64,000 nt of DNA from Macrostomum lignano (GCA_002269645.1 NIVC01002387.1:1-64000), one strand, 5' to 3'. Positions 11,360 through 31,310 are shown, numbered from the stretch's first letter. The notes: a model not told the origin generated them from the letters alone. Translations and numbers: made by a program.

Positions 11360-14300
11360 TTCAAGACATAAAGGATATTTTTACAAGTAAGTATGCATGC
11401 TTATTAAGACATTAAATCTTATGGAAGCTATCAACTAATTATAAAAAAATATACACCATTGCTTCACTAAAAGCAGAAAACCCTAACCCTTTAATGTTAG
11501 TCACGATTTCACATCTTACAAATTATTTAGGTCCTAGTGTTGATTAATTAATAGAGACAGTTTTTACTTAATATTTTTCAACTAAATTATTATATGATAC
11601 TCAGATGTTTAGATGACTCTATAGAAATATAGTAGTTAATTTTTTTAAATAATTTATTATATTTGACATACTTGTATACTAAATGTTCAATAAAATATAG
11701 CTTATAAAATTTTAAGCAAGTCAAATATTTACAAAATATAAAAATACACTAAAAACTTATATGGTTGAGAATTTTGTGATTTTATATATTATATTAAGAA
11801 CATTTACAGATGAAAATCATGATGATTTATTAGTTTTTTAGCATTATAAAAAATAGAAAACTATAAGCTACAAGTATACGAGTATATGCCCCAACTAAAA
11901 TTAAAGACAAGATAGCTTGTATATAAATGTTGCTCTTCGACTCATGAAACAACTCATGCATATACCTTTGATTTAGTAAACTGATAAAACACGAAATGTC
12001 ATAATTATATGAAATGAGATCAAGTGTGTAAATTGTGTCACCAGTTTTTACTTAATCAATGGTTAGCAAGCACTTTATTGAATAAATTAGGCAGAGGTAT
12101 TGCACTATTAGTATTAATATAATGTCAGTATCTACTGTCACCATATAGTAAACCAACATACATTAATATACACAGAAACTGGTGTCATGCACACAAAAAC
12201 ATAACACTTTCCTATCAGAAATGGGACAGTGTGTTAATAAAAAGAAAATTTGAATAATATTACTGAAGTAAATATTGTTTACATTTGGCTTGGCTGTTGA
12301 TGAAAAGCATCAGTAAAATAGTAAAATATTAATGCTCGTGTAAACATGCTAATAAATTTAAATAATAAACTTAATAATTAATATCAAAATCTTCACGAAA
12401 GCAAGACTAGTATGAACAGATCACTGAAAAAATCAAACGACATTATTCAAACTACGTATCTAATAAATGCCTTAATGATAACTACTGTAAAACTCGTTCA
12501 AGATTATAGGATACGATCTAAGTGTCAGTCCAACCAGGGATAGTACAGTGGTAAATGGTACTAGTTACAGTACAGTGGTTTCAATGCACGACGTGCGTTG
12601 AAATGTTGATATCTATAGCGTTAACTAAAACTATTTTTTAAAAATTAGCGCAAAATAGGCCAATTTCTCTCAGTATAACAAATTTCTGACTATCATAAAG
12701 ATTTTTAAGAATACCTCTGCACAAAATAAAAGAAGTAGCTTTTGTACATGTGTTTTTTAGAACAGTAGCTGCTACTAAAAATAATTTCTGAAAACAGTGG
12801 TAATAAAGTACTCGTAATATCCTGCGCTACCTGATTTAAATTATTATAGAATTATTTTATTACATGATCGTGATAGAATTAAAAAGTCATGCTTTGACTT
12901 CAGTGAAAGAATAAAATTTATGCATAGTATAGCTATCATAGAGATCTGAAGAATGAGATCGGGTTTTAGTTTAAGAACTTAAGCTAGATTTGAGATTATT
13001 TGGGAAAAAGGAGGGACAAACTGCATGATTGGGTTTTTATTCATTGAGTTTTCGTCTTGTTTGAAAAAATATCATTTCAAGAGGGCCAGCTATCGATAAG
13101 GGCACATTCAAAAAACCCACAAGGACCGCAGAACAGTCATGTCTGATGAATATATATGATATATATATATGAATATGAATATATAAATAGATGACAAGCA
13201 CAATGTGGGGCGATGCTTGTGAACGAATCTTCTTCCAGTATACTGTTTAAAATTTTACTCTGTAGCCTCGTGGATCCAGATTGTATGATTGCTATATAAA
13301 GTATAAAATGATACTAGATACTACCCCGAAGAGTATGCAGAAAGCACTGACTGGAATTGTTGACTATGACAAAAAGCTAAAAAGTGCTCGATTTTGAAAA
13401 ATCCATTTCGTGATTTTTGGTTGCATATAGTCCACTTATCGCTTGTACTAGAATAGGTCTTTAAAATTAAAATAATTGTCATCTTGCCGTGCACCTTATT
13501 TATAGCTATAAAATACCAACCAAACACGAAAAACAGCCACTAGCTGCACTAAACCCATGCTACACTTAACAAAAGATACTTTTTAAACCATTATTGCTAT
13601 TCAGTTTGACAAAAAATCGAAACTTCTGAATCAAAACAACAGCGACCTTATGCCTGTCTCTTTTAATACAGCAACATTTAATTTATTTTCCAATAACAAA
13701 CACTTAAACACTTCTATATAGCAAATTGGTAACACAAGGAAAATACAAGGCAGTACATTCAATGACAAAATTCAGTCACTAAATAATAAGTAACGTGTCA
13801 GCACTCCACATGTAGAATAAAACTTTATTTTGTTTGAAAAAAACTGGATATGAATTGCAGTTTGAATTAAATTTGATAGAGTTTCTGGGTTTATTACTCG
13901 TAACTTTGTCAGGTCAGAACAGAAAAAAAATAAATATTCAAAAGCTGCAAATCCCAAACAGGCTGACTACAAACGGAAGTACATGTAACAGGGATTATAT
14001 TTAATTGACCAAGACCAGACCCAGGCCACGAAGCCGTCAGCATGCATACATTGTCCCCCCCCCCCAAGATAAACTTAGGCCTATGATCAAGACGGTTGTC
14101 AAGGTTGTCAAGACGGCCAGCTGTGACCCAAGTGGCCCATACCGGGTACTTTTACAAGCGTAAGAAGCTGAATCAAATAATCAAATAGTAATTTATTTTG
14201 TCATAATCTTTTCTTGAGTTAATTAATAGCAATAGAGATATTGGGGGGGGGGGCAAAAAAAAATTAGCCACTTTATTGATCGTTACGCCATTAACTAATC

Positions 14301-14478
14301 GTCACTCCTTAGTTGGCCTCTCCTTCCCATCACCATAAAATCCATCACAACGCCCCTGATAAGCTTAGACCCTTTTGAGTCGCTGCCTAATTCGAAAAAT
14401 ATCTAGACTAATTCGCGGAAGACTTCCTGCCTGCATAAATGCACAGAAAAAGTTAAGCAATAAAAACACACCTTTTTT

Positions 14479-20788
<6,310 letters not shown>

Positions 20789-20832
20789 TATCTGAGTAGA
20801 TTTGAATATCATAAACATGCTGAGTCACTTGA

Positions 20833-22405
20833 GGGGCGATTTGGGGGGTGATTTGAGGGGTGATTTGAGGGGTGATTTAAGGGGTGATTTGAGGGGTGAT
20901 TTGATGGGTGATTTGAGGGGCGATTTGAGGGGTGATTTGAGGGATGATTCGAGGAGTGATTTAAGGGGTGATTTAAGGGGTGATTTGATGGGTGATTAGA
21001 GAGGTGATTTGAGGGGTGATTTAAGGGTTAATTTAAGGGGCGATTGGGTCTACGACGTTTGCCAGCCGACGTTTGCCAGCCGACGTTTGCCTGCGGGACG
21101 TTTGCCAGCCGACGTTTGCCAGCCGACGTTTGCCAGCCGACATTTGCCTGCGAGAGTTTTGCCAGCCGATGTTTGCCAACCGACGTTTGCCTGCCGGACA
21201 TTTGCAGGCGGCAATTGGTTAAAGAAGTACGCCCTCTCTAGGCTTACATGTACTTGCATTTGAAAACTGTGGACACAGCACAGGACACAGGAATCTAATT
21301 CCAGCTCGCTCCCTACACTGCTATTAAATATACAGGTTACTAACAAACTACTGTTCAGGCTTATTGAAGTTGTTGCTCTTTTCTGCCTAAATAGGAAGGT
21401 AAAAATACAAAATAGGAGTTTCCATCGTCACAGTTGATGTCTATGAATGCCTTGGAATGGCCCTTTCCATCTCAGTGGCCAACCAAGCTAAGTGTTTACA
21501 AGCTGAATGGGACTGAGACATCCATAATGGTATTGGCCTAGTCTCGCCTATATATACTTAACTCAAAAGCCAAACTCTGCTTAACGGAGTTTGGCGATGA
21601 CAGCGTGCACTTGACAAGCTGCATTGGAATTAATTCGCTTACTTTTGGATCTCGTAATGAACTGGGAAATATATAAGCCAGAACTATCGTTCAGCAGGTC
21701 TTTTATTTGCTCAAAACTTGGCTCGCTGGAGATTGCCGTTTAAATTTGCGCGTCTTCCTTCGCAAATCAGAAATCAAACATCTCAAACTGGGAAAAGCGA
21801 TACAAAGCCGTCAGAAGTAAACTTTATAATATTTTCACATTCAAAGAAATTGTTGTTAAACTGGATGCTAGATTGATGAACTGCATAATTTGTATAGATT
21901 TTGTTTTCGAACTTTTATATATGCGAATAACCGTCAAAAAGTTGGACTAAAAAAACATTTTTCAATCCGCTAAACTGCGAATATTTCAGTATCAAATTTT
22001 TCACTCACTGACTTAATGTTGGCTGGCAAACGTCGGCTGGCAAAAGTCTCGCAGGCAAATGTCGGCTGGCAAACGTCGGTTGGCAAATGTCGGCTGGCAA
22101 ACGTCGGTTGGCAAACGTCGGCTGGCAAACGTCGGCTGGCAAACGTCCCGCAGGCAAACGTCGGCTGGCAAACGTCGGCTGGCAAACGTCGGCTGGCAAA
22201 AGTCTCGCAGGCAAATGTCGGCTGGCAAACGTCGGTTGGCAAACGTCCCGCAGGCAAACGTCGGCTGGCAAACGTCGGCTGGCAAACGTCGGCTGGCAAA
22301 CGTCGCTATCCCGGGGCGATTTAAGGGGCTATTTGAGGGGTGATTTGATGGGTGATTTGAGGGGTGATTAGAGAGGTGATTTGAGGAGGATCTGGGGGGT
22401 GATTT
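20833..22405. repeat. 12-bp minisatellite (ggggtgatttga) split by a transposon insertion
   Basis: The same direct-orientation 12-mer occurs at 20833-21045 and again at 22313-22405. Confidence 0.9.
21046..22312. mobile_element. Mutator-like or foldback non-autonomous element (1267 bp) with modular 14-bp-repeat TIRs and a 9-bp TSD
   Basis: The left arm is (cgacgtttgccagc)n at 21053-21210 and the right arm is (gctggcaaacgtcg)n at 22020-22305. Termini are GGG...CCC, and the perfect TSD ggggcgatt lies at 21037-21045 and 22313-22321. Confidence 0.88.
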
Positions 22406-22969
22406 CACTGAGATAATGTTTAATATTATTGCTTAGCATCAAGGTTCTAGAATCGGTAACGGAACCCGATGACTGCAAGCCGGCCGGACAGACAGCTACA
22501 GTGTTACGTAGATTGTTCAACAGCGGCTGAGAAAAAACGGTTGCAAAGTTTTGACGCTATAGCGTGCGGTGTTCCTCTAAGCATGCGCACAGTTCAGCCA
22601 GTGCTGCTGTCTCTGCCCCTGTCATTAATCAATATTTAGCATTTTTACAGCTCAGTGTTAACTATACACAGACTGGAACACTGCAGGTTACCCACCCCCA
22701 CCCCCTCTAGCGATCCGCTCACTCTGACTCTGACCAACTCACAGGTCCGGCCTGCCGACAAAGGCTTAGTTAGGGGAGGGGTAGCAAGGCGCTTCACCTC
22801 TCACGCGATCGGGCCCTTCAATGCGACTCACATTGGCATGATTGATAATTACCCTACGACTGCTCTTTGCTGAAATGCACCGGGCCGCCAGCCTCCGGGA
22901 TCCTCAGTTGCTTGAGCCTTAGTTTGAGGGTTTGCAGAGGGGAGGAGGCAAGCAAGTCATGCTAATATT

Positions 22970-23700
22970 AGGAGGATGGAAAATCAGAAAGTTCTCTATC
23001 ACTTTCCTGATTAGAGACAAAAAATTAACACTGTTAATCGTCCTCTCAACAAAGTTCCCACGCAAAGTGACGCGCACTTGACCCCCTCGCAGCGAGTCTG
23101 GCGAATGAGCAGAGTGAGGGAGCTGCTCGAACCTCAGCTCGCGGCAGGCAGTTGTCATGGAGCAGTCGGATGGCCCTGATGACCTTGTCACGCCTCTTGT
23201 CCTTGATTGCTTCCTTCAGCTGGCGCAACGTATGTAGCAACGTAGGACTCTCCCGTGACCCGTCTGCTTCTCAGGCAACCACTCGATCAGCAGCACCCCT
23301 TGATGATTCCAGAAGATGGTAACCATCCGATTCTTCATTGACGGCACGATTGCGCTGAATCTCAGGATCGAGTTTTGGCACCCATCTGGCAAAAACCTTC
23401 GACATTCCCAGCTGGACCGTCAGGATGGACTGCGCGCTGCCATAACTGATGCTTTCTCAGCAACAGTCACTCATTTGTCCTCGTCAACGAGGTTCTATAC
23501 GTTGTCGATGACACTCTGGCTGGTGGAGGTCCTGGGTCTGCCACTGCGAGGTTCGTCTTCGAAGTCACCTATTTGTGACACGACTTTGCTCATAATGGAT
23601 GCACGAATGGCTTCGCTTGAAACTGACACAGTCGCTCAAGGGTGGTGAAGAAACAGCCATGCTGCAGATTCTCGTGTGCTCAATCAGATGTTATTACTGG
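22970..23700 (-). pseudogene. Degenerate mariner transposase
   Basis: Minus-strand fragments across frames include GDFEDEPRSGRPRTS, MVTIFWNHQGVLLIEWLPE, LKEAIKDKRR...IRLLHDN, LRFEQLPHSAHSPD and VTLRGNFVE. There are multiple stops and frameshifts. Confidence 0.85.
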
Positions 23701-23939
23701 TCAAGCGCAGTGTGTGAGCCAACCATGGCTGCACTCTTGGCAACCGTGATTGACATCTACGCCTGACTCCGTGATTATCTGCAGTACCATGGAACCCCAG
23801 GTCCTCTGTGGATTGATTTTGTCAAGTGGACAAAATTTTTCTCTAAATTAACCTGCTCTGCGTCTTAAATTCAATGCTCTGTGCCATAGACGGTGTTTTT
23901 ACCATAGACGAAAGTAAAAACATTGGTTGAATAGAATTT

Positions 23940-24200
23940 GGACATTCAAGCCAGGTCACAGACTCGGGCTGCTTGGGAATGTACAACCATAGAATGTAGA
24001 ATGGACATTCAAGCCAGGTCACAGACTCGGGCTGCTTGGGAATGCACAACCATAGAATGTAGAATGGACATTCAAGCCAGGTCACAGACTCGGGCTGCTT
24101 GGGAATGTACAACCATAGAATGTAGAATGGACATTCAAGCCAGGTCACAGACTCGGGCTGCTTGGGAATGCACAACCATAGAATGTAGAATGGACATTCA
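23940..24200. repeat. Tandem repeat, 63-bp unit, about 4 copies
   Basis: The unit is ggacattcaagccaggtcacagactcgggctgcttgggaatg(t/c)acaaccatagaatgtagaat. Confidence 0.95.
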
Positions 24201-24219
24201 AAACGGGAATTTGCCCAAT

Positions 24220-24540
24220 TTAATGTATTTTTTCTGGCAGTTTCTAGCATCTAGCAGTTCCGATAATTCCTTGAGCGTCAGGAAAGGATTTTCATCGAGT
24301 TTCTCAACCAATAATTCTCTCATTTAATTCCTAGTCGGCCTTGCACAATCCTGTCTTTTCGACCACCGCGGGGAAGGGAGTCTGCACTCTGCCATCGAGT
24401 CGAAAGTTGGCAGCGATTCGGAATGCTGTTGTTTTCTTGATTTGCAAGATTCTTGCAGCTGCTGCGATGGATGACCCTTGTTCAATCATCGCATCAATCA
24501 GCCGCTGGCGATTTGCTGCAGGAATTGGTGGCGCCATTGG
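24220..24540 (-). pseudogene. N-terminal DNA-binding fragment of a Tc1/IS630-like transposase
   Basis: The HTH RQRLIDAMIEQGSSIAAAARILQIKKTTAFRIAANFRLDGRV is followed after frameshifts by LPRGGRK and MRELLVEKLDENPFLTLKELSELL. The catalytic domain is absent. Confidence 0.7.
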
Positions 24541-24711
24541 ATGGGGTCGCTTTTAGGCCAGAGATGAGCAAACAGGGGAGGGAGGGACCGAGAGCGATAA
24601 AATCCCAGTCCAATTCCCGTTTTGAATGGCTTTTTCCCATATTGAATGTCCAAAGTTATAGTCTATGGCCAAGCCTCCCTTAGTAGACTTTGCTAAACTG
24701 CTTAAGTCCAT

Positions 24712-24904
24712 GGGCCGTATGCAGAAAGCCTAGTCCAGACTAGCTAGTCCGGACTTGGGTAGTTCAGTCTATAGTCTATGGTCTAGCTACCCTAGTTCTG
24801 CTATAGTAGACTGGTCTAACTTTGTGTTTCTGCATACCAAATCCAAGTCTAGACTAGCTTTTCAAGACCGGACTACCCTGGACAGAGCTTTCTGCATACG
24901 GCCC
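24712..24904. mobile_element. Short MITE (193 bp), GGGCC termini (PIF/Harbinger-like)
   Basis: It has perfect 18-bp TIRs gggccgtatgcagaaagc / gctttctgcatacggccc with AT on both flanks, and the interior is rich in ctag/agtc motifs. The superfamily call is tentative because a 3-bp TSD is not seen. Confidence 0.75.
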
Positions 24905-25994
24905 ATTGTGTCATCTGCGGCCTGCCTTGAATGTCTATATGGCGTCCCGTTTTGACTATCTAAATTCCCATTTACTTTTTATCTGCAATGAGTTTTCTAA
25001 GGTCACGAGAGCCACTTGCCACTTGCACTGCTAATATTGGTGTTTTTTTCAATTACTGAACTTCATTCCAAGCGTTGAGAATTTCTCTACGTAGATTCTG
25101 GAACTCACAGTTTGAGGAAGCAGAACTACTCCACAATCAGTATATGCTTTACGCAGCTCGATAAGACGGAGTCAGTGAGCATAGAAGGCCTGTTACACGC
25201 CATGGTAATAATTCGGGTGCATTTGTTCCGGTCTAGCGATAACAGCAAGTCATTCTATGACATTTGTTGCAGCGCAGGGAGATAAGAAGCTGTCCCAGCA
25301 CTTTAACTACCACAGGGTTAAAAGCAGCTTGTCACAATGCGCCTGAGACAAAGAGAGATTTGACTTAATTTTCTCCATCTAAATGACAGTCTTTGGCTCA
25401 AAATCCTGACAAGCTGAATCTTCCTGATCGGCAGGTGAACTAGTCAATACTGCAGTATATACACTTGGGCTAGTTATTATTCAATACGAGTACCACTAGT
25501 GCAAACACACAAGGCTGTGCTGGTCGTACAGGACAAACACGATACCAGTGGGATCGCGGCTCACTTGTTTGCTCACCCCGGTGCAGTGGGGGACTTCGGC
25601 TGGCCAGGAGCTTGAGGGGGGGGGGGCGCTTTTCAAATTGGCCGCAGATTTCCCGATCTCTGTTGAATCCGATTTTGAAGTGGGTCGCTTGTCTGCGCTG
25701 TAGTGTGAGAGAATTGCAGCTCAAGTCGTTCTCCCGTTTCTCTCTCTGAGCAGTGCGCTTTTCGTAGGAGAAAAAGAGAGAGAGAGACCTTCTGGACTCA
25801 ACTGGATTTTATGGCGGCTCTGTGGCCAATCACAGGCCGGACAGCCTGTTAGCAAACAGGCACTCCTACGGGGGGGACACGCACTTGCAGCATGCGCCAC
25901 TGCGTTAAATTTTATTTCCACTATCGCACTATACGAGCGTATTGTATAATATCGTTGGATTGAACAACTGTTTGTGACTTACTGAGTCCCTACA

Positions 25995-27301
25995 TTGTCC
26001 CTTCAGTGTCCCTTCAGTGTCCCTTCAGTGTCCCTTCAGTGTCCCTACAGTGTCCCTTCAGTGTCCCTTCAGTGTCCCTACAGTGTCCCTTCAGTGTCCC
26101 TTCAGTGTCCCTTCAGTGTCCCTACAGTGTCCCTTCAGTGTCCTTTCAGTGTCCCTTCAGTGTCCCTTCAGTGTCCCTTCAGTGTCCCTCCAGTGTCCCT
26201 TCAGTGTCCCTACAGTGTCCCTACAGTGTCCCTTCAGTGTCCCTTCAGTGTCCCTACAGTGTCCCTTCAGTGTCCTTTCAGTGTCCCTTCAGTGTCCCTT
26301 CAGTGTCCCTTCAGTGTCCCTTCAGTGTCCCTTCAGTGTCCCTTCAGTGTCCCTACAGTGTCCCTTCAGTGTCCCTTCAGTGTCCCTTCAGTGTCCCTAC
26401 AGTGTCCTTTCAGTGTCCCCTCAGTGTCCCTTCAGTGTCCCTTCAGTGTCCCTTCAGTGTCCCTTCAGTGTCCCTTCAGTGTCCCTACAGTGTCCCTTCA
26501 GTGTCCCTTCAGTGTCCCTACAGTGTCCCTTCAGTGTCCTTTCAGTGTCCCTTCAGTGTCCCTTTCAGTGTCCCTTCAGTGTCCCTACAGTGTCCTTTCA
26601 GTGTCCCCTCAGTGTCCCTTCAGTGTCCCTCCAGTGTCCCTTCAGTGTCCCTTCAGTGTCCCTACAGTGTCCCTTCAGTGTCCCTACAGTGTCCCTTCAG
26701 TGTCCCTACAGTGTCCCTACAGTGTCCCTTCAGTGTCCCTTCAGTGTCCCTTCAGTGTCCCTACAGTGTCCTTTCAGTGTCCCCTCAGTGTCCCTTCAGT
26801 GTCCCTTCAGTGTCCCTTCAGTGTCCCTACAGTGTCCCTTCAGTGTCCCTCCAGTATCCCTTCAGTGTCCCTTCAGTGTCCCTACAGTGTCCCTTCAGTG
26901 TCCCTTCAGTGTCCCTACAGTGTCCCTTCAGTGTCCTTTCAGTGTCCCTTCAGTGTCCCTTTCAGTGTCCCTTCAGTGTCCCTACAGTGTCCTTTCAGTG
27001 TCCCCTCAGTGTCCCTTCAGTGTCCCTTCAGTGTCCCTACAGTGTCCTTTCAGTGTCCCCTCAGTGTCCCTTCAGTGTCCCTTCAGTGTCCCTTCAGTGT
27101 CCCTACAGTGTCCCTTCAGTGTCCCTTCAGTGTCCCTACAGTGTCCCTTCAGTGTCCCTTCAGTGTCCCTACAGTGTCCCTTCAGTGTCCTTTCAGTGTC
27201 CCTTCAGTGTCCCTTTCAGTGTCCTTTCAGTGTCCCTTCAGTGTCCCTTCAGTGTCCCTTCAGTGTCCCTTCAGTGTCCCTTCAGTGTCCCTTCAGTGTC
27301 C
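25995..27301. repeat. Minisatellite, 11-bp unit (cagtgtccct(t/a)), about 118 copies
   Basis: Highly regular 11-mer. The three 450+ aa ORFs here are artefacts of the array. Confidence 0.98.
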
Positions 27302-27316
27302 AATTGCAGCGTCCCC

Positions 27317-27792
27317 CAGGGGTGTCGCCACCTGGAGGGGACAGGGGGGACATGTCCCCTAAAGTAAAAGCAGCTATGGGGGGGCATGCGAATGTTTGGT
27401 CCCCCCATCTAACCCTATGACCTGTTTTGGAAATCAATAATTTTGCTTCCAGGCGACAAAATATATAGCACCTGTGGCACTAAAACGAGTGCCTACGGCG
27501 CCAAAGCGAGTGCTTGCGGCGCTAAAAATGAGTGCCTGCGGCGCTAAAAATGAGTGCTCGCGGCGCTAAAAATGAGTGCTTGCGGCGCTAAAAATGAGTG
27601 CTTGCGGCGCTAAAAATGAGTGCCTGCGGCGCTAAAAATGAGTGCTTGCGGCGCTAAAAATGAGTGCCTGCGGCGCTAAAAATGAGTGCCTGCGGCGCTA
27701 AAATGAGAGCTGCCAACACAGATTCTGAAAAAAATGTACATGTAGAATTCTAGGCTTTGTCCCCCATCATAAAATCCATGGCGACGCCCCTG
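27317..27792. mobile_element. hAT-family MITE (476 bp) carrying an internal 21-bp tandem array
   Basis: The TIRs are caggggtgtcgcca / tggcgacgcccctg, with a perfect 8-bp TSD gcgtcccc (27309-27316, 27793-27800). An internal gcggcgctaaaaatgagtgc(c/t)t array lies at about 27480-27705. Confidence 0.9.
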
Positions 27793-28489
27793 GCGTCCCC
27801 TACAGTGTCTGGCAGTCTCTAAAATGTTTCTTTTATGTCCTCTCAGTCTCAGTGCCGTCCCCAGGAAGTTCCACACTCGGCAGTCGGCACCATCGTGTGA
27901 TCATTAAACAGTAAAAAATTGCTGAAGAGCTGTGTAACTGCTTCCTAAGCGAGCGGCAGTCAATTCTCGATTATTCTTGACGATGTTTGTTAGCCAAAGA
28001 CGAGGCTGAGAGAGTTTTGTTTGCCGCTATTTTTAAAGCAATTTTGTCGGTTTTCCAGCCATTCAGATGAAAATTGATGAACTTCCGGAAAAACGTCCGG
28101 TTCACTTTTTTTCAGGGGAGGGGATTCCTTCTGGCGGCTCAAGAAGAGCACTTTTATTGTGGGATTTGATGGGAGCAGCAAACTTCCTTATAGTATGAGC
28201 TGGACTTCTCAACGCTTTTCCGCACTCAAGGAGACAGGCTGCTAGCTTTTTAATATCGCTTACCATATTGAAACTGTCTGATCCCCCAGTCTGGCAGCCT
28301 CCAGATTCCTCATCCCAAATGGATTCCTCATCATTGGCATCATCAAATATCCTCAGTTGCTCAGCTGCCCAACGCTCTCTTCAATTCAGCACTCGCTTCC
28401 TCTCTCGTCACATCTTTTACCTCAAATTCAACAGCTGACACGTCAGGCCAGTCAATGGGATGCTGTGGAGAATTGTACGGACATATTAT

Positions 28490-29100
28490 GAGGGAATATT
28501 CTATAGCGGGGTATTTTGAGGGAATATTCTGTAGCGGGGTATTTTGAGGGAATATTCGGTAGCGGGGTATTATGAGGGAATATTCTGTAGCGGGGTATTT
28601 TGAGGGAATATTCGGTAGCGGGGTATTTTGAGGGAATATTCGGTAGCGGGGTATTTTGAGGGAATATTCGGTAGCGGGGTATTTTGAGGGAATATTCTGT
28701 AGCGGGGTATTTTGAGGGAATATTCTGTAGCGGGGTATTTTGAGGGAATATTCGGTAGCGGGGTGTTTTGAGGGAATATTCTGTAGCGGGGTATTATGAG
28801 GGAATATTCTGTAGCGGGGTATTTTGAGGGAATATTCTGCAGCGGGGTATTTTGAGGGAATATTCGGTAGCGGGGTATTTTGAGGGAATATTCTGTAGCG
28901 GGGTATTTTGAGGGAATATTCTGTAGCGGGTATTTTGAGGGAATATTCTGTAGCGGGTATTTTGAGGGAATATTCTGTAGCGGGGTATTTTGAGGGAATA
29001 TTCTGTAGCGGGTATTTTGAGGGAATATTCTGTAGCGGGGTATTTTGAGGGAATGTTCTGTAGCGGGGTATTTTGAGGGAATATTATTGAGTGGGGTATT
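28490..29100. repeat. Minisatellite, 28-bp unit, about 22 copies
   Basis: The unit is gagggaatattc(t/g)gtagcggggtatttt, period 28. Confidence 0.96.
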
Positions 29101-29419
29101 ATTAGAGAGTATATCGAGTTGAAAAGTACCTTAGACTAATTTAGGCCTGACTAATTCGAGCAGAGAACGAACTGAGGAGTTGAGTGCAGCTTTCAGCAAT
29201 CGAAGACCGCAGCTCGAAGTGGCGCACTGCCTCCTGGGAGTGAGGGGGTGCAGCAGACCTGTGTGGTGCTGATGACTGGCCACGGATGAGCTTGTTTGCA
29301 CTGAGGGCTCTTGAAAGAAATTTTGTTTAAAGAAGAGAGAGAAAGTCAGCGTAACTTTTCTTCAAAGTCTAAGAAAAGATTTCTGCCCATCAAAGAGGAG
29401 TCGCATTGCCTGTAACACC

Positions 29420-31310
29420 CCATTCCCTCTTCTCATTCCCAAAATTCCCCAAAACTCACAATATTCAAACTTCACATTCCTAAATCTCACATTCCTTAAA
29501 CCTCCCATTCCCCAAATCTCATATTCCCAAATCTCACATTCCCAAATCTCATATTCCCAAATCTCACATTTCCAAATCTCACATTGCCGAATTTCACATT
29601 CCAAAATCTAAATCCATCAAATCTCACATTCCTAAATCCCAGATTCCCAAATCTAAAATCCCCCAAATCTCAAATTCCCAAATCTCACATTGCCGAATTT
29701 CACATTCCTAAATCTCAATTCCCCAAAACTCAATTCCCCAAATCTCAATTCCCCAAATCTCAATTCCCCAAATCTCAATTCCCCAAATCTCAATTCCCCA
29801 AATCTCAATTCCCCAAAACTCAATTCCCCAAATCTCAATTCCCCAAATCTCAATTCCCCAAATCTCAATTCCCCAAATCTCAATTCCTCAAATCTCAAAT
29901 TACCAAATCTCAAATTCCCAAATCTCACATTGCCGAATTTCATATTCCAAAATCTAAAATCCCCCAAATCTCACATTCCCAAATCTCAAGTTCCCACATC
30001 TCAAACTCCCCAAATCTCACACTACCCAAATCTGACATCATTAAATCTGATGATATTCCCAAATTACATATTCCTAAATCCCACTCTCAGTAATGAAAAC
30101 ATAGTTTTTTTATGGAAAATCAAGTTTTCGACCATTCAAGTTCTTGTAACGATAAAAGTCATACACTACTTTAGTTACTAATGGTGAGTAGTGTGCTATG
30201 AATTCGATAAGATGCCAAGGGCGCAGAAAAGAGAACTTTAAGTACGAGAAGCATGCTAAGCACGCACATCTTGCAATTTTTTCTCCGCTGAAGACCACTT
30301 TCTGCTGCTGGAATGTGAGATTTGGGAATGAGGTTTGGGAATGTGAGATTTAGGAATGTGAGATTTGAGAATGTGAGATTTGGGGATGTGAGATTTGGGA
30401 ATGTGAGATTTGGGGATGTGAGATTTGGGAATGTGAGATTTGGGAATGTGAGATTTGGGAATGTGAGATTTGGGAATGTGAGATTTAGGAATGTGAGATT
30501 TGGGAATGTGAGATTTGGGAATGTGAGATTTGGGAATGTGAGATTTGGGAATGTGAGATTTGGGAATGTGAGATTTGGGAATGTGAGATTTGGGAATGTG
30601 AGATTTGGGAATGTGAGATTTGGGAATGTGAGATTTGGGAATTCAAGATTTGGAGAATGTGAGATTTGGGAATGTGAGATTTGAGAATGTGAGATTTAGG
30701 AATGTGAGATTTAGGAATGTGAGGTTTGGGAATTTGAGATTTGGCAATGTAAGATTTGGGAATGTGAGATTTGGGAATGTGAGGTTTGGGAATTCAAGAT
30801 TTGGAGAACGTGAGATTTGGGGAATTCAAGATTTGGGAATGGGAAATTTTGGGAAATTGGAACGTGAGATTTGAGAATGTGAGATTTGGGAATGTGAGAT
30901 TTAGGAATGTGAGATTTGGGAATGTGAGATTTGGGAATGTGAGATTTGGGAATTCAAGATTTCGAGAATGTGAGATTTGGGGAATGTGAGATTTGAGAAT
31001 GTGAGATTTAGGAATGTGAGATTTAGGAATGTGAGATTTGGGAATGTGAGATTTGGGAATGTGAGGTTTGGGAATTTGAGATTTGGCAATGTAAGATTTG
31101 GGAATGTGAGATTTGGGAATGTGAGGTTTGGGAATTCAAGATTTGGAGAACGTGAGATTTGGAGAATGTGAGGTTTGGGAATTCAAGATTTGGGAATGTG
31201 AGATTTGGGAATGTGAGATTTGGGAATGTGAGATTTGGGAATGTGAGATTTGGGAATGTGAGATTTGGGAATTTGAGGTTTTGAGGAATGTTAGTTTTGG
31301 GGATTCTGAG
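29420..31310. mobile_element. Large inverted-repeat (foldback-like) structure with 15-bp-repeat arms around a core of about 220 bp
   Basis: The left arm is (ttcccaaatctca(c/a/t)a)n at about 29420-30090, the right arm is (ggaatgtgagatttg)n at about 30311-31310, and the unique core is at 30090-30310. Termini and TSD were not resolved. Confidence 0.7.

Noticed and set aside
25995-27420. Three overlapping ORFs of 450+ aa (SLQCPFSVP repeats)
   Set aside because: All frames stay open only because the 11-bp unit lacks stops. There is no unique coding sequence.
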